From Naegleria gruberi (Eukaryota): 64,000 nt of DNA. The DNA lies in the NCBI GenBank assembly GCA_000004985.1, contig GG738884.1, one strand, 5' to 3'. Position numbers and translations under genes: made by a program. Within the stretch, counting starts at the first letter, position 1. Each line of letters starts with the position of its first letter. Of this stretch, positions 42,896 through 55,487 are shown piece by piece. The notes below the pieces were generated by a model that was given only the letters and a program-made list of their open reading frames with translations, made no database searches and was not told the origin of the DNA.

Positions 42896-44100
42896 ATGAG
42901 CAGCGAAAAGTTTGTTGCCTTTGTGGATCCATCCAAGTTGGAATTTAAAATCATTAATGATGATGATTTATCGTCGAGTACAATGTTAGAATCGATGGAT
43001 TCATCATCCGCAATGTTATCGTCATCATCATCATACGGATCGATGGAAGAGGGATTTTCTTCCGAATCTATTTTGGAACAATATTTGACTTTGTCTAATC
43101 CGTATGATAGTGTATTGAGTTTTAAAATTGAATGTAATAAGCCTGCACACTATTCTTTGAAAATACCAGCAGGAAGTATTGAACCGAAAACGGAATTTAA
43201 AATGTACGTTTTATTATTAAAACAAAATAATAATTGTCGATCGGAAATAGTAAATTAAAGATGAAACCTGCTTTTTTAAATGATATTCGTAAGCGGGGAA
43301 GAAAGAATCAAGCCATGGTTGAGGAAGTTGAACAATATGAAGATGCATTTCAAGTTAAATTTATTAGAACAAGTGATTCGAAAGAAACTTCTAAAATCAT
43401 CAAATCAAATATTAAGGTTATTTATAAACCGACTCCAATTGTATCAACACCATCACCATTACTGGAATCGACTAATTCTCTCCTAGACAGTACGATTGAA
43501 ATTGTTAAACCAGTTGAGGAAAAGGTTGAATCTCCAGCCAAAACAAAAATTGTAATTGTAGAAGATCACTTCCAAACATCTTTACTGAAAGATGTTGACT
43601 CTAAACAAGTTGAACTACCACCAACTATTAGTATTAGTACTCCACCTTATACACCTCCACCTACTCCAAATGTGCGAGATTCGAGAATGATTGTTGAAGA
43701 AATGTTTGAGGATAAATTTGCCGAGTCCAACAATGATTTGATTACAACTGAGGAAAATTTAAATGTTAGAACTGAATCACCAATGACATCTGATTCAGTA
43801 ACATCTGATGAATATCTTCAATTAAGCAAAAAGAAAAGTTCTAGCACAATTGATGACGGTGAAAAGTCATCTGATAAGAAGAAGCTCAAATCAATCTTGA
43901 AGAAGACTCCTCCACCTCCAAAGGAAAAATCCTTGAAGGATATGATAACAGATTTATTCCCACTCTTGGCTGGATTGATAATTCTTGTAATATTTGCCAA
44001 GTTCAACAGAGTTGATTATGATACAGTTGTGAATATGTTTACATCCTATCTGCTTGGTGTTTGTGCCATGTATGTTCAAATGAAGTTTAATGAGGAATAG
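42896..44100 (+). CDS. VAP-like tail-anchored protein: an MSP domain with a Ser-rich insertion, a long P/S/T-rich linker and a C-terminal TM. Two exons: 42896..43204 and 43261..44100.
   Basis: MSP-like FVAFVDPSKLEFKI...LTLSNPYDSVLSFKIECNKPAHYSLKIPAGSIEPKTEFKM. A 56-nt GTACGT...ATTAAAG intron follows. The TM is LFPLLAGLIILVIFAKF, near the C-terminus. Confidence 0.5.
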
Positions 44101-44300
44101 TTATTTAAAAATCATAAGGATATTGTGAATAAACAAATAATTGTGAAATGTATAAATTATCAGAACCTTTGGGTTCATATTTATTGATCCTTTTGGTTCT
44201 TGACTATACAATAGTATGCAATAATCCTAAATCTCTGAAGCTCTTAATCAAAACCCAACATTACAATCAAAATAAGATTGTGTTCAAAAAAGTGTCCTGA

Positions 44301-45734
44301 TTATTGAATATTACTGGTTCCAGAAGAATTATCTGAACTTGGATTGAGTAAAAAGCTATGGGCAGCAACTGGCTCGAGAAGAAGAAGATTTTGAAGAGCA
44401 AGTTCGGAGGCCTTCTTGTTAGCATCTTGACCTAGTTGTTTCTTAATTGCAAGTATTGCTTCCAATTTGCTATTGAAGAGTTGCATATTTTGGGATGGTT
44501 GAGAAACATTCATTACAACTTCAGGAATACTAACATCCATTTGAGCATCTTCATTGTTACGATTCTGTTTCTTGGTTTGTCTTCTTGTTTTCTTCTTGAC
44601 TGGCTCCTCTTGTGCAGGTTGAGCTGGATTGGTAGCAGAAGATGCTGTTGCTGCAGATGAGCTTTCTGCAGCTGGTACATCTTGAACAGAAGAACCATCC
44701 TCATCTGGATCAGTTGATTTACGTTTCTTTTTGGATGGTTTTGGTTTGGTAGGTTGAAGTGTTTCAGTTTGATTTTCATTGGTTGGTTTTCTAGCAAATA
44801 CATTGAATGGAGGAGCAATAAGGGAAAAGAGTGGTTTATCCAAGTTGGCAGGATTATAATAGTGAATAATAAATCCAAAATGACCTTTTTCATGATGGTA
44901 GCTTACATCTGTGAACTGAACTTTCATTAATCCCTTTACAACTTCCTCTACTTGAATAACCGTATTTGACTTCTTTGAAGAAACATTAGATTTAGTCAGA
45001 GCTGTTTCCATAGTTCCCATAAGACATAACTTGTTGGTATTCTTTGAGTTTCTCAATTCCTCTCTATTTGCTGGATTAATTACATGAATTTTAGAAACAA
45101 TGAGTGGATACTTTTCTACCAAAGTCTTGCCAGAAATTTCATGCATGACCACATACTTGTGGGAACTGTACAATTTGTCTGGTACATAGTTTTTAGCTTC
45201 CTCTCCTCTAATTTTCATAGTTACTCTCACAGTCACATCATTCAATTCATTAGGGGTGCTTGTTTCGAATATCCAATAACGACCTTGTTGATTACTTGGT
45301 ACTTCATCCATAGGACAAGCAGAACGTTGATTTGGTAGTAATTTCAAATGTGAAAGTGTACTATCCTCCACTGATCCTTCTTCGGAAACTTCCTCATCAT
45401 CTGCATCATCATTCTTTTTCTTCTTTGGTTTAGGTGTAGAGGCAGTCGAATTTCTTCTTGTTGTAGTTGTTGTTGAAGCTGATGATGATGCTCTCTTTCG
45501 TCGTGTACTTGTTTGCACAGGAATTGTTGTGCTACTGCTACCACCAGTACTATCTTCATTGGATCGGTTGTCATTGATGAGCACTGGTTGTTGATGTGTA
45601 GCCATTTGTTGTTGATTTGAATTCATTGAAGGTGTACCTTCCATCATCAGATTATCAACATCAAATAAACTACCCGAATCTAGAATTGCTTCACCTTCAT
45701 CCATTATTGTTGAGGCGTTATTTTGTTCAGTCAT
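44301..45734 (-). CDS. Hypothetical nuclear-type protein of 477 aa with a central beta-rich globular region flanked by basic S/T-rich tails.
   Basis: The core is RYWIFETSTPNELNDVTVRVTMKIRGEEAKNYVPDKLYSSHKYVVMHEISGKTL...GHFGFIIHYYNPANLDKPLFSLIAPPFNVFARKP. KKKRK-type motifs are present. It may be a DNA-binding beta-sandwich but is unassigned. Confidence 0.35.
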   Translation of the reverse strand: MTEQNNASTIMDEGEAILDSGSLFDVDNLMMEGTPSMNSNQQQMATHQQPVLINDNRSNEDSTGGSSSTTIPVQTSTRRKRASSSASTTTTTRRNSTASTPKPKKKKNDDADDEEVSEEGSVEDSTLSHLKLLPNQRSACPMDEVPSNQQGRYWIFETSTPNELNDVTVRVTMKIRGEEAKNYVPDKLYSSHKYVVMHEISGKTLVEKYPLIVSKIHVINPANREELRNSKNTNKLCLMGTMETALTKSNVSSKKSNTVIQVEEVVKGLMKVQFTDVSYHHEKGHFGFIIHYYNPANLDKPLFSLIAPPFNVFARKPTNENQTETLQPTKPKPSKKKRKSTDPDEDGSSVQDVPAAESSSAATASSATNPAQPAQEEPVKKKTRRQTKKQNRNNEDAQMDVSIPEVVMNVSQPSQNMQLFNSKLEAILAIKKQLGQDANKKASELALQNLLLLEPVAAHSFLLNPSSDNSSGTSNIQ

Positions 45735-46118
45735 TCCGAAATTTAGTTTTTATTCTCTCTCTATATGTACACAGTTTCTCTCTTCTTTAATGTATTATTT
45801 ACAAAGTGCAACTTTTGTTGTTGGATTAAATTTTTTCTTGTTGTTTTTTGATCTTCCACACTCAAAAATAAGCGCGATGAAGAGTTTGATGTTGTTGTCT
45901 TTTTTTCTATTCTAAATATAAGTAATTTACAATTCTTGAGATTACCATATTTCAAATCAGTTAAATAAGAAAGGTTGGATCATGAGCTTTTTACGTTAAT
46001 TTTGTTTCATCACAATACTGAAGAAGAAGATTTTAATTGTTTTAACGATAGAAAACTCCGATCCTCATCTTCTAATCACGATCAAACTCATCATTAAATA
46101 TTTTAATTTTAAAAAAAA

Positions 46119-47030
46119 ATGTCGCAACAACAAACAGGAACAAAGGGATCAACATCATTCCGTGCCTTTTCTCTCTTTAAAAACTTTGCTGAATACTTTA
46201 TTGATGTTCCAAAGGAATCTCACTTTTATGAGAGAGGTGTTTTAACACCAGAAGAATTTGAAAAGGCTGGTGATTTATTGGTTTCAAAATGTCCAACTTG
46301 GTCTTGGTCTGCAGGAGAACCATCAAAGAGAAAGGATTATCTTCCTGCCGACAAGCAATTCCTCATCACTCGTAACGTTCCTTGTTTGAAACGTTGCAGT
46401 GAATTGATCGAAATGGCCAAGGACGAAGAACCAGTTGAAGATGGCGAATGGATTGCTACTCATATTAATCACACAAAGGAAAAGGAAAAGGAAGAAATTG
46501 GAGATATTACTGGAGGAGTTGATGATCTTGTTATTCACAGCGCTGAGGATGATGAGGAAGATGATGGTGAAGCCATTGATATTGATAATTATTCTGATTC
46601 TGAACTTGAGGATACAATTAAAGACAAGGGAGCCCTTGAAGCCAATAACGGTGACAGCATTCTTCAAACCAGAACTTATGATTTTAGTATTACTTATGAT
46701 AAGTATTATCAAACTCCAAGAGTTTGGCTTTTTGGCTATGATGAACGTGGTGCTAAATTGGAATCTGAAAAAATTCTTGAAGACATTCATGCTGATTATG
46801 GTAATAAGACTGTCACTATTGAACAACATCCACATTTAAATACTCAATGGGCCAGTATTCACCCTTGCAGACATGCTGAAGTCATGAAGAAGATGGTTGA
46901 TCGTTTAGTTGGAGGTGGTTCAGGCGAAAAGCAATTCGTTAGAGTTGATCTTTATTTGTTCCTCTTCTTGAAGTTTATTTCATCTGTAATACCAACCATT
47001 GAATATGACTTTACCACTCAAGTCGATTAA
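46119..47030 (+). CDS. ATG3: Autophagy E2-like enzyme Atg3.
   Basis: FYERGVLTPEEFEKAGDLLVSKCPTWSWSAGEPSKRKDYLPADKQFLITRNVPCLKRC matches Atg3 ([29 protein letters not shown]...YLP..KQFL.TKNVPC.KRC). A long acidic insert follows, then the catalytic HPC motif (IHPCRHAEVMKK) and the C-terminal FLKFISSVIPTIEYDFT. Confidence 0.75.
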   Translation: MSQQQTGTKGSTSFRAFSLFKNFAEYFIDVPKESHFYERGVLTPEEFEKAGDLLVSKCPTWSWSAGEPSKRKDYLPADKQFLITRNVPCLKRCSELIEMAKDEEPVEDGEWIATHINHTKEKEKEEIGDITGGVDDLVIHSAEDDEEDDGEAIDIDNYSDSELEDTIKDKGALEANNGDSILQTRTYDFSITYDKYYQTPRVWLFGYDERGAKLESEKILEDIHADYGNKTVTIEQHPHLNTQWASIHPCRHAEVMKKMVDRLVGGGSGEKQFVRVDLYLFLFLKFISSVIPTIEYDFTTQVD

Positions 47031-47090
47031 ATTATTGTAAAATAGTAAAAATATTTTTTGTCTTTATTTTGTCGGAAGGAATGGGAGATG

Positions 47091-50000
47091 TTACTCTACA
47101 ACATCTTGCCACATTTCCTCAATTTCATAAATGGCTTCAAGAATTTCTGAAAAGTCAGGTCTGATATTTTCATCAGTTGCCCAACATGTCTTCATCAATT
47201 CTGTGTACTTATCAACAAGTGGGATCAATAGATTGGAACTGGTCAATTCTACTCTATTCTTTTGCTTATTACAGAATAAATACCATTCACATTTTAGGGT
47301 ATCTTCGTCTTGCTCGAATTCGGACGAGTCGTTTTGAATTTGGAGTGCATTGTTTCTTACTGAGCTTATTTCCCATGGAATGACTGGTCTTCTGCCCTGA
47401 ATAACTTCACTACCAATAGAGAAGATACTCATCATATCAGAGCCTATAAATGTAGTATGACCTGATGTGTCAGAGCTTGTCAAATCAGAAATTTGTGAAC
47501 CACTATTAGATTCAGTACTAATTCCAATACTAGACCTTTCCTTCTTGGTGAGGGGAGATTTTGGAAGTTCTGTATATGGTTGTACCATGAAGAATAATTC
47601 ATACATGAGGATGGCAAAACTGAAAACATCACATTTGACTGTATATCTTCTAGATTGCTTGAGGATTTCTGGACTTGTGTATTGGATAGTACCATAACAA
47701 ACACCAGTCATTGTGAGTGAAGACAATGGCTTTGACACACCAAAGTCACAAACCTTACAATTGCCAGCTTCATCTATGAGAACATTTTGAGGTTTCTATT
47801 ACAAAAAATTAATTAAGAGTATTCAATTTGAATACTTACCAAATCTCTGTGAATGATAGGTGGTTTAGTGTTATGTAAATAAATCAAAGCTCTACAAATA
47901 TCCTTCAATATTTCAAGTTTTCTTCCAAATGTAATAATTTCATTTCTAGCCTTCCTCTTCTTAGGATAGATGATCTTGTCCAAACTTCCACCTTTTACAA
48001 ACTCAGTTACGATATACTTGTTATCCTCGTCCACACTGACACCAATAAGTAAGACAACATTAGGGTGTCTCAATCCTGTTAAAATATTAGCTTCATGTTC
48101 AAAGTTTTCATCATCATCACAACCAAATTGGTTAGATTTGATTCTCTTGACAGCAACTTCAGTACCTTTCCAAGAAGCTCTGAAAATAACACCTCCAGCA
48201 CCTTCTGAAACTCTCTCCTTGAATTCCAAATCTTCAATTGGAATCAAATGGGCAGATGTATTTGTAGAGTCCATTGAAGAATAGAAACTTGATTTAGTGT
48301 TGTGCTCGAGAAGTTTAGATAACATTTCATCTTCTGCCTTCTTCTTTCTCTTGAGAGTTTGTGATTGTCTTCTAAACATGAAAGCAAATATACCCAATGG
48401 TATAGCAACCACAAGAATTATCAAAATACCAGCTACAATTAGAATTGGAACAATAACACAAGCAGCATATGAAGTGTTTCCATTCGTGAATGTTGGTAAA
48501 CCCAGTGGACAAGAAGTACATTTGACAGCACCTTTCAAATCAGAGTAAGTAGAAAATGGACAAATTTCACATTGTAAATCTCCATTAAGGAAGAAACCCT
48601 CCTTACAGTATACGCAAATAGATAAATTCTTAGAACCAGCACTTTCTGTAGTCATACCTGTTGGACAAGAATAACAAACAGGAGAACCAGTAGAGTTTGA
48701 ATAAGTTCCAATTGGGCACAATTTACAATCTCCTTCTGATTCGGATCCACTATTTGGTTGGAATGTTCCAGCAACACAAGCTGTACATTCCTTTTGACCC
48801 ATAGTATTAGCATAAGTACCAGGAAGGCAAGGAACACAACTGGTAGAGTTGGATGAACCCTCATTTGGATTAAAGGTTCCAAGTGTGCATTTTGAGCAAA
48901 TAGAGGCACCCTCCTTTTCAGAGTATGATCCAGCTGAGCAAGGTTTACAATCTGATGCTTGATAACTGTTCATATTAGAGTTTGCTGTACCTGCTGCACA
49001 CTTGGTACAATGAGGAGCTCCAGGATTTGCGCTAAAAGTACCAGTCGAGCATGGCAAACATGACATTGAACTATTTTGACCAAATAGTGGTTGATAGGTA
49101 CCTTTTTCACAGAGTGTACATTGATATTGTTGCATTAGATCTGCGTATTGACCTGTAGGGCAAGGAAGACATTTCTTTAAACCAGTCACAGGTGCAAATG
49201 TACCAATTGGACAAGCTGTACAATTTAAAACTTGTCCAGTAGTATTTGAAAAAGATCCTTTTGGACATGAGTCGCACAATCTCTGTCCAATTGTTTTTCC
49301 AAAAGTACCAGGTTCACATGGAATACATGAAGAAGGATAAATAGAACCCATTACAGGATTGTGGGTTGAAATAGGACATGGAATACATGAAGAAGCTCCT
49401 ACATAAGGATTGTATTGTCCATAAGGACAAGGTGTACAGGTTTCATTTGAGAAGGCAGAAAGCTCATCACTTGCTGTACCTGCAGGACAATGATAACATT
49501 GTTCATCCTTAAACATAATTGTATAAATTGTTGGTAAACTTGGAAGGGTTCTATTGTAGAATGAAACAACATAGGCCTTATTTGATTCGCTGTATGCCGA
49601 ATAAATAGCTCCATAAACTGTATCTTTGGATTTTTCAATAATAGTTTCCTTATACCATCTTTCTCTATTTCTAACACAATACTTGGAAGCGAAAAATCTA
49701 GATCTGACTTCATTGGGATTACCAACATTACTACCACCTGGTCGAATAACTCCAGATACGTAGGTGAAACCACTTGAATCTACATCAAATGTTGTATTGT
49801 AAACGTTTTGGAAAGTAAGCATTGATTGCAAGAAACCATTTGAATCAGTTTTAGCAAGGAAAAAATTTCTATCAAAAGAGCTGGTTACATTTTGCCCTTG
49901 GAATGATACATAACTACCAAACTCGCCAGAAAAGAGAATATTTCTATTTGGATCAAACTTGAGAAGACTGCTGAACTCTGAAGTGAAGAATTGGTCAGAA

Positions 50001-53000
50001 GTGATCATATTGTCATCCTTACTACTGTTAGTAGTAATTGTTTGCATCCATAATATCTTTCTGTTACCGGTTGTTTGGTCTAGTGGACCAAACTTGAGTA
50101 AATAGTAAGAGAGTACTTCTGAATTGTGATTGATTATTTGCAAATCCTCAAACCTGACTGCACTCTTGAAAACACCAGAAATTACAACATTTCCTACAGA
50201 ATCTGGTAATACAGAGAACCCTTTAGACATACCCTCACTAGTGGCTATCCACAAACAAACCATATTAAAAGGCTCAATTTCAAATACTATAGTGTTAACA
50301 AGAGAAGAAGAAGTTGTAGTACAGCTAGGATCAATTTCAACGCTTCCTCTATATCCTCCAGTGATTAAAATTGATAAATCTTCAGTTATTCTAATAGATT
50401 CAGGGATTACGTTGATAAACTCCTTTCTTACTTGAATTCTTCCTTCATTGATTTTTAACATTACACCTGTGAATTGTGTAGCTCCATAATTTTGTTTGGC
50501 TTTCCATCCAACAACCCAAGTGTTATCAAACCTGTCAGTAGCAACACTGGTTACAGTAATTCCATCTGTAGAATTGGTTTGATCTGAGAGAGTAGCAAAG
50601 TAGTTGAAGCTTTCAGCATCCAAAACCGATGAAAACCTGACAGAAATTCCATTCAAAGGACCTCTTGGACTTGTAGAAATACCAAAGCCTGTATATGAAA
50701 TACTACCATGTCTACCAAAAGAAATGTAGAGTGAAGGAACTGTTCCATATAAAAAGATTGGACTCACAATTTTGTCTGCATCTGTTTGATTTACCAAATA
50801 CGAGCCGACTCCACAACTAGTAAATCCTTGCACAATTTCAGAGCCACAATTTTCACCAGTATAGTTAGTATAACACTTGCAAACATCTTTAGCAACACAA
50901 GCTCCGTGAGAAGCACATACAGACATATTGGTTGCGTCAACCCCAAAGCAATTAGCAATTTCGCAATTCTTTCCTGTGTAATTCTCATTACAAATACAAT
51001 AGTCAGGAAAAGCACATCGTCCATTGCCTGAACAGGTCTGCACATCATTTTGTGGAATGTCAAAGCATACAGGATACTGACATGACTCACCAGCAAATGT
51101 TCCCAAGCTACAAGAACAAGAATTTGGTCTAACACATTTTCCTCTTCCTGTACATGCTCTTGTATCATCTTGAGAGTAAAATCCACATAAAGGAATAGTA
51201 CAAAGTATATCACTACACTTATTACAACCCTCTGTAACAGTTGAAACTAGTGTATTAATGAAGCCTACAGGGCTAACAACAGTACTTGGATCTCCAATTA
51301 CTTGCACATTACCACTGAAAGAAGCAGACACATAGAACTGTCTTGGAGTCCTTGCATCGGTCGATAACATTAATGGTTGAGTGGCTATCAAGGATCCCTT
51401 AATGAAAGAGTGAATGTAGGTTTGTTTGAGTTGTACATTTGTACTATCGCCAGTGTTAACAAATTTTTGGGCAAAGAGAGTGATTGAGCTTTGAACACCA
51501 AAGGTTATAAAACTATCCCAATCAATATTAGAGTAGACATTACCATTCTTTCCGATAACTACAAGCTCATTGTAATTGTTTGCTCGAATTTTAACACCAA
51601 AATATGGATTATCATATTGAACTAGATGAGCTATAAGACTTCCATCGTCTATTGATACTTGGGAAATGATACTACTAAAATTCGAAAGTTGAACATTAAT
51701 TAGCATAACATCACCCAAAAATGTTATATCTTCCACAGATTTTGCTCCATCAATTTCAATAATTTGTGACCAAATTTCTTGATCGGTAGTCTTGAAAGCA
51801 TCGTAGCAAACAATATAAACTTGGTGAACTGTTCCAACATCTGTCAACATGGTTTCCATGGTACCTGCAATGAAAACTCTGTCCTTCTTAGGAGATAAGG
51901 TAATCAAATGAGCTGAAGAAGAACCATAAAGATAGGATGGTAAAGGATCTACTTTAGTGGCATAAATTACCTTTCCAGTTGTGTTGGAGAGGGCACCATA
52001 GAATACAGAGCTTTGTTTTCTAGATTCTAAAACAACTCCAACATCCACAAAAGTTAATTTGGCATTAAATACTCCTGTAAAATATAGTGTTCCATCTTGG
52101 CCGTAAGTAACATCCTTAACTATGTTCATAGCCACACTACCCATAATTGTATTTGGCATAATAATGGCAGGTGGAGGGAAAATGGGTTGAGGGAGCTCAG
52201 CTTCCTTATTAATTGCTGGTTGATCCAAAATATTATCCAGATCAAATTGGAATAACATTAGTGTTGATTTAGATTCGTATTGGGTTTTTGCAATTTCCAA
52301 ATATTGAGGCAATTCACCTCCCAATGCTACTCTCCTTTTCCCATTATGATCAAGCTTAGCCATCGTGTATAAATAGTATTTGGTGTTTCTTGTAACTATT
52401 CCAACTTTGAAAAGTCTAAACATGTTACTATTTTCATAAATTACCCAATACCCTTGAGTAACACCAGCTGAAATCTCTGCTACGACCTCATCAGCCACTG
52501 CCACATCAGACCCTGAAAAGTGCCCGATTGTATAAATTCGATTCTCATCACTCACCAATTTTCTTTGATCTACCTGCAAAGTAGACAGGAAATCAAATCT
52601 GGCTCCTTTCTCTTCAGGCGATGCACCTCGAATAAAACTCATTCTAGTTGATGTAATAGTTCTGTTTCTAATAATCATTGGATGAAGAAAATCTTTACTG
52701 CAGTCAACCACATGGTTTGGATTTTCGCTATCTGGATCCAGAGATACATACGAATTATAGAATAATCTCTTGTCAATGATACCATTCTCGGTTGATGCAC
52801 AACTCGCAAGACTAAATAAATAATTATGTAATATAAGTATTATACATAGAACAATAATGATTTTTCCAATTCCTCGATTATTATTATTATTATGATTTAC
52901 AACATTTAACCCTTCCAATTTTGATAATCCAATAATATTTGTTGTTCTTTCTCGATTATGATAATGATTGAACCAGGTTGATGAAAATTTATTTTTCTTC

Positions 53001-53134
53001 TTATCCTGTTGTTCTTGTTCTTGTTGTATCTGATGATGGTGCGATATTGATGATGAACAAGGAGTTTCATCATCAGAAGAGAAAAGTAACAGCGGTGATA
53101 GTAGTGTTTCGCCTCCAAGTAGAAGCAGAGACAT
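47091..53134 (-). CDS. Giant TKL-family receptor Ser/Thr kinase of about 2000 aa. It contains an N-terminal globular region, 4 EGF/tenascin-type repeats, a second beta-rich region, at least 12 GCC2/GCC3-type Cys repeats, a TM helix, and a kinase split by one 44-nt intron. Exons: 47840..53134 and 47091..47795.
   Basis: EGF-like: CTGRGKCVRPNSCSCSLGTFAGESC... Repeats of CxPCPxGxYxxxxGxxxC (for example CTPCPYGQYNPYVGASSCIPCP). TM: VIVPILIVAGILIILVVAIPLGIFAFMF. Kinase: GAGGVIFRASWKGTEVAVKRI, HRDL|KPQNVLI (intron GTAAGT...GTAATAG), CDFGVSK, GTIQYTSPE. Confidence 0.7.
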
Positions 53135-53534
53135 TTTTGAGCTGAAGATTTTCTAACCGTAATGCGCGAGAAGCAAGGGATTTTTATTGTTGTGTCTTTT
53201 GGTGAGTTGGAAGCTTAGTTGGCCATGCTAATATCTTTGTGGTAGGAAGATTTCTTCTTTCTGTGTTACTTTCGGAAGGATGGTGTTCGAAAAGAAACTT
53301 GAAAGCCTTTTGATTAGTCTATCGGAAATCTATGGAATCATGTAAAATACAAGATCATCGTGAAGGATAGGAAAGACTTCAAGGATCAACCTCACAATGT
53401 ACAATCAATTCTTCAACTTGGGTTGGGAATTCATCACAATAGCTATTTAATCATCTGACTCGCTTTGATGGAAAATATATTTTTATCTTCATTCAAAAGA
53501 AACAATTAATTGCTTCAACTTAGAACACATACTA

Positions 53535-55487
53535 ATGGTCTTCTCTGCCAATACTTCTGATCAAAAACAACCCATCATCAATAATACTAATATGAATAAT
53601 AACTTTCAATCCTTCTTTTATCAAGCTCATCTTTCTGCTGGGGGGAGCAATACTAACAATCATCATCAACAACCACCACTACTAGCCAATCAATCTAAAA
53701 GTCCAGCGAATAATTACTTGCCAGGCACTGCCAATGGACAAATTAATAATAATCTACATGATTATCTGTATCAACTTCAACAACAGAAGCAATCACCTCA
53801 ACAACCATTGTTGCCCTTGTCGAATTCATCTTCCGAAGAGGAATTATCAGACCCAACTAATGATTTCATCAATACTTACCATCATCCCTCCACCGAATCA
53901 CTTTATGGCAGCTCATTGTATGAAGGTGATGAACAGGAGGAATTTATGGATGAGAGTAAAATATTGCAAATGAATGGAATTTCCATCATCAATAATAGTA
54001 ATAACGAAATAGATCATCAACAATCTAAGCACGTATTGAATGGAGCACAATCATCACCATCCTCCTCCTCAGCCTCTGTAAATATTCTCAATCAAATTAA
54101 TCACCAACATCATCACAATACTACCACCACAACTGCTGATAAACAAGTTGGTTCTTCTTCCATCAATTATAATGGTGGATTGTATCAACAACAACAGCCA
54201 CTATTGATTACTGCATCACAATTGCAACAATTCTTCCCTGTGAAACAAAAGATTAAGAAGGCAATCTTGTATATTGATCTGGATAATTTCCCAATTTCTA
54301 GACCTTCTGAATATTTGGAAATGTTAGCCAAGATTAAATCCAAATACTCTATTGATGTGACAGCAAAGAAGATATTTGGAGATTTGAATCAATTTGAAAA
54401 ACTTCCAGTTGACTTTCAATTCTCACATCAATTAATCATTTGTCCAAAGGTTTCATCAAGAAAGAATACGACAGATATTGCATTGACCATTGAGGTCATT
54501 AAGGATTTGGAGAGAAAGAAACCATTCGATGTGTTTATTATTGCCTCGTCTGATTCGGATTTTGTTCCGGTCGTTAAGGCCATCAGAGATGAGGGCAAGG
54601 AATGTTGGATTTTGCCATCTCACAATTATCCTCACCAAACTTTGATGAGCATTTGTAATGGCATTCTTGATTTCAACTCACAACAAAATGTGAGTAATCC
54701 TCTTCAAGAGTTGAACATTCCATCCAAGCCATCTCAAGTGGCCAACAAGACGAGTCCAAACACATCTCCAAGAAAGAAGGAAGTACTTCCTGTTCCAAAG
54801 GTTCATGTCAAGACGAATCATATTCCTCCTTCTCAAAACAAGTTATCTATTGTTGAGGTTAAATCAATGATTACAAAGATTATTAGAAAATTAGAGTTTA
54901 GTGGTGTGAAAATTTTCAACCTGTCATGTATTCATGAACAATTGAGAGACAAATCCATTATTTATCACCACTATGGATATCCAACATTCAGAGCTCTATT
55001 CGAAGAATGGAGTCAAGAGAATCCAAAATACAAATTCGAAAGAAATGAAAAGGATGGTCAATTATCATTTGCTCAAGAGGTACACCCAAATATCTTACAT
55101 AGACCACCACAAACAGTCCCTCAAACAGCCTCCACTAACCTTACCTATTCCAATGTAAAAATACTCCCAAAACCAACTAGCAGCACAAGCCTCTCTTCAA
55201 GTAATGAAAGTCCTGAACCATCTTTTAAACCAAAGGGAAGTAGGAAAGCTTTGAAGAATGCCATTACCCAAATTCTCAAAAATCTCCACCAAGCCAATCC
55301 AAAGGGAAGTTTTAACATGTCCTTTGTAAATGAGAGAATGAGAGAAAGAAGTCTCAAATACAAGGAACATGGCTATGATTCCATGAAAACTCTTTTCACT
55401 GAATGGAAACAAGAACATCCAACAGCATTTCTTGGTGTTCGTGAAAAGAGTGGCGAATTATACTTTTTGCCAACCTTCTCTCTTTAA
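53535..55487 (+). CDS. NYN-domain ribonuclease with two C-terminal LOTUS/OST-HTH domains (MARF1/limkain-b1-like).
   Basis: NYN: ILYIDLDNFPISR...KIFGD...TDIALTIEVIKDLERKKPFDVFIIASSDSDFVPVVKAIRDEGKECWIL. LOTUS 1: VKSMITKIIRKLEFSGVKIFNLSCIHEQLRDKSIIYHHYGYPTFRALFEEW. LOTUS 2: ALKNAITQILKNLHQANPKGSFNMSFVNERMRERSLKYKEHGYDSMKTLFTEW. The N-terminal 230 aa are Q/N/S-rich. Confidence 0.6.
   Translation: MVFSANTSDQKQPIINNTNMNNNFQSFFYQAHLSAGGSNTNNHHQQPPLLANQSKSPANNYLPGTANGQINNNLHDYLYQLQQQKQSPQQPLLPLSNSSSEEELSDPTNDFINTYHHPSTESLYGSSLYEGDEQEEFMDESKILQMNGISIINNSNNEIDHQQSKHVLNGAQSSPSSSSASVNILNQINHQHHHNTTTTTADKQVGSSSINYNGGLYQQQQPLLITASQLQQFFPVKQKIKKAILYIDLDNFPISRPSEYLEMLAKIKSKYSIDVTAKKIFGDLNQFEKLPVDFQFSHQLIICPKVSSRKNTTDIALTIEVIKDLERKKPFDVFIIASSDSDFVPVVKAIRDEGKECWILPSHNYPHQTLMSICNGILDFNSQQNVSNPLQELNIPSKPSQVANKTSPNTSPRKKEVLPVPKVHVKTNHIPPSQNKLSIVEVKSMITKIIRKLEFSGVKIFNLSCIHEQLRDKSIIYHHYGYPTFRALFEEWSQENPKYKFERNEKDGQLSFAQEVHPNILHRPPQTVPQTASTNLTYSNVKILPKPTSSTSLSSSNESPEPSFKPKGSRKALKNAITQILKNLHQANPKGSFNMSFVNERMRERSLKYKEHGYDSMKTLFTEWKQEHPTAFLGVREKSGELYFLPTFSL

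Noticed and set aside
46323-46839. ORFs 46323..46835 (minus) and 46435..46839 (plus) overlapping ATG3
   Set aside because: They fall inside the acidic low-complexity insert of the Atg3 gene (GAA/GAT-rich). They are low-complexity translations without motifs, so frame artefacts.
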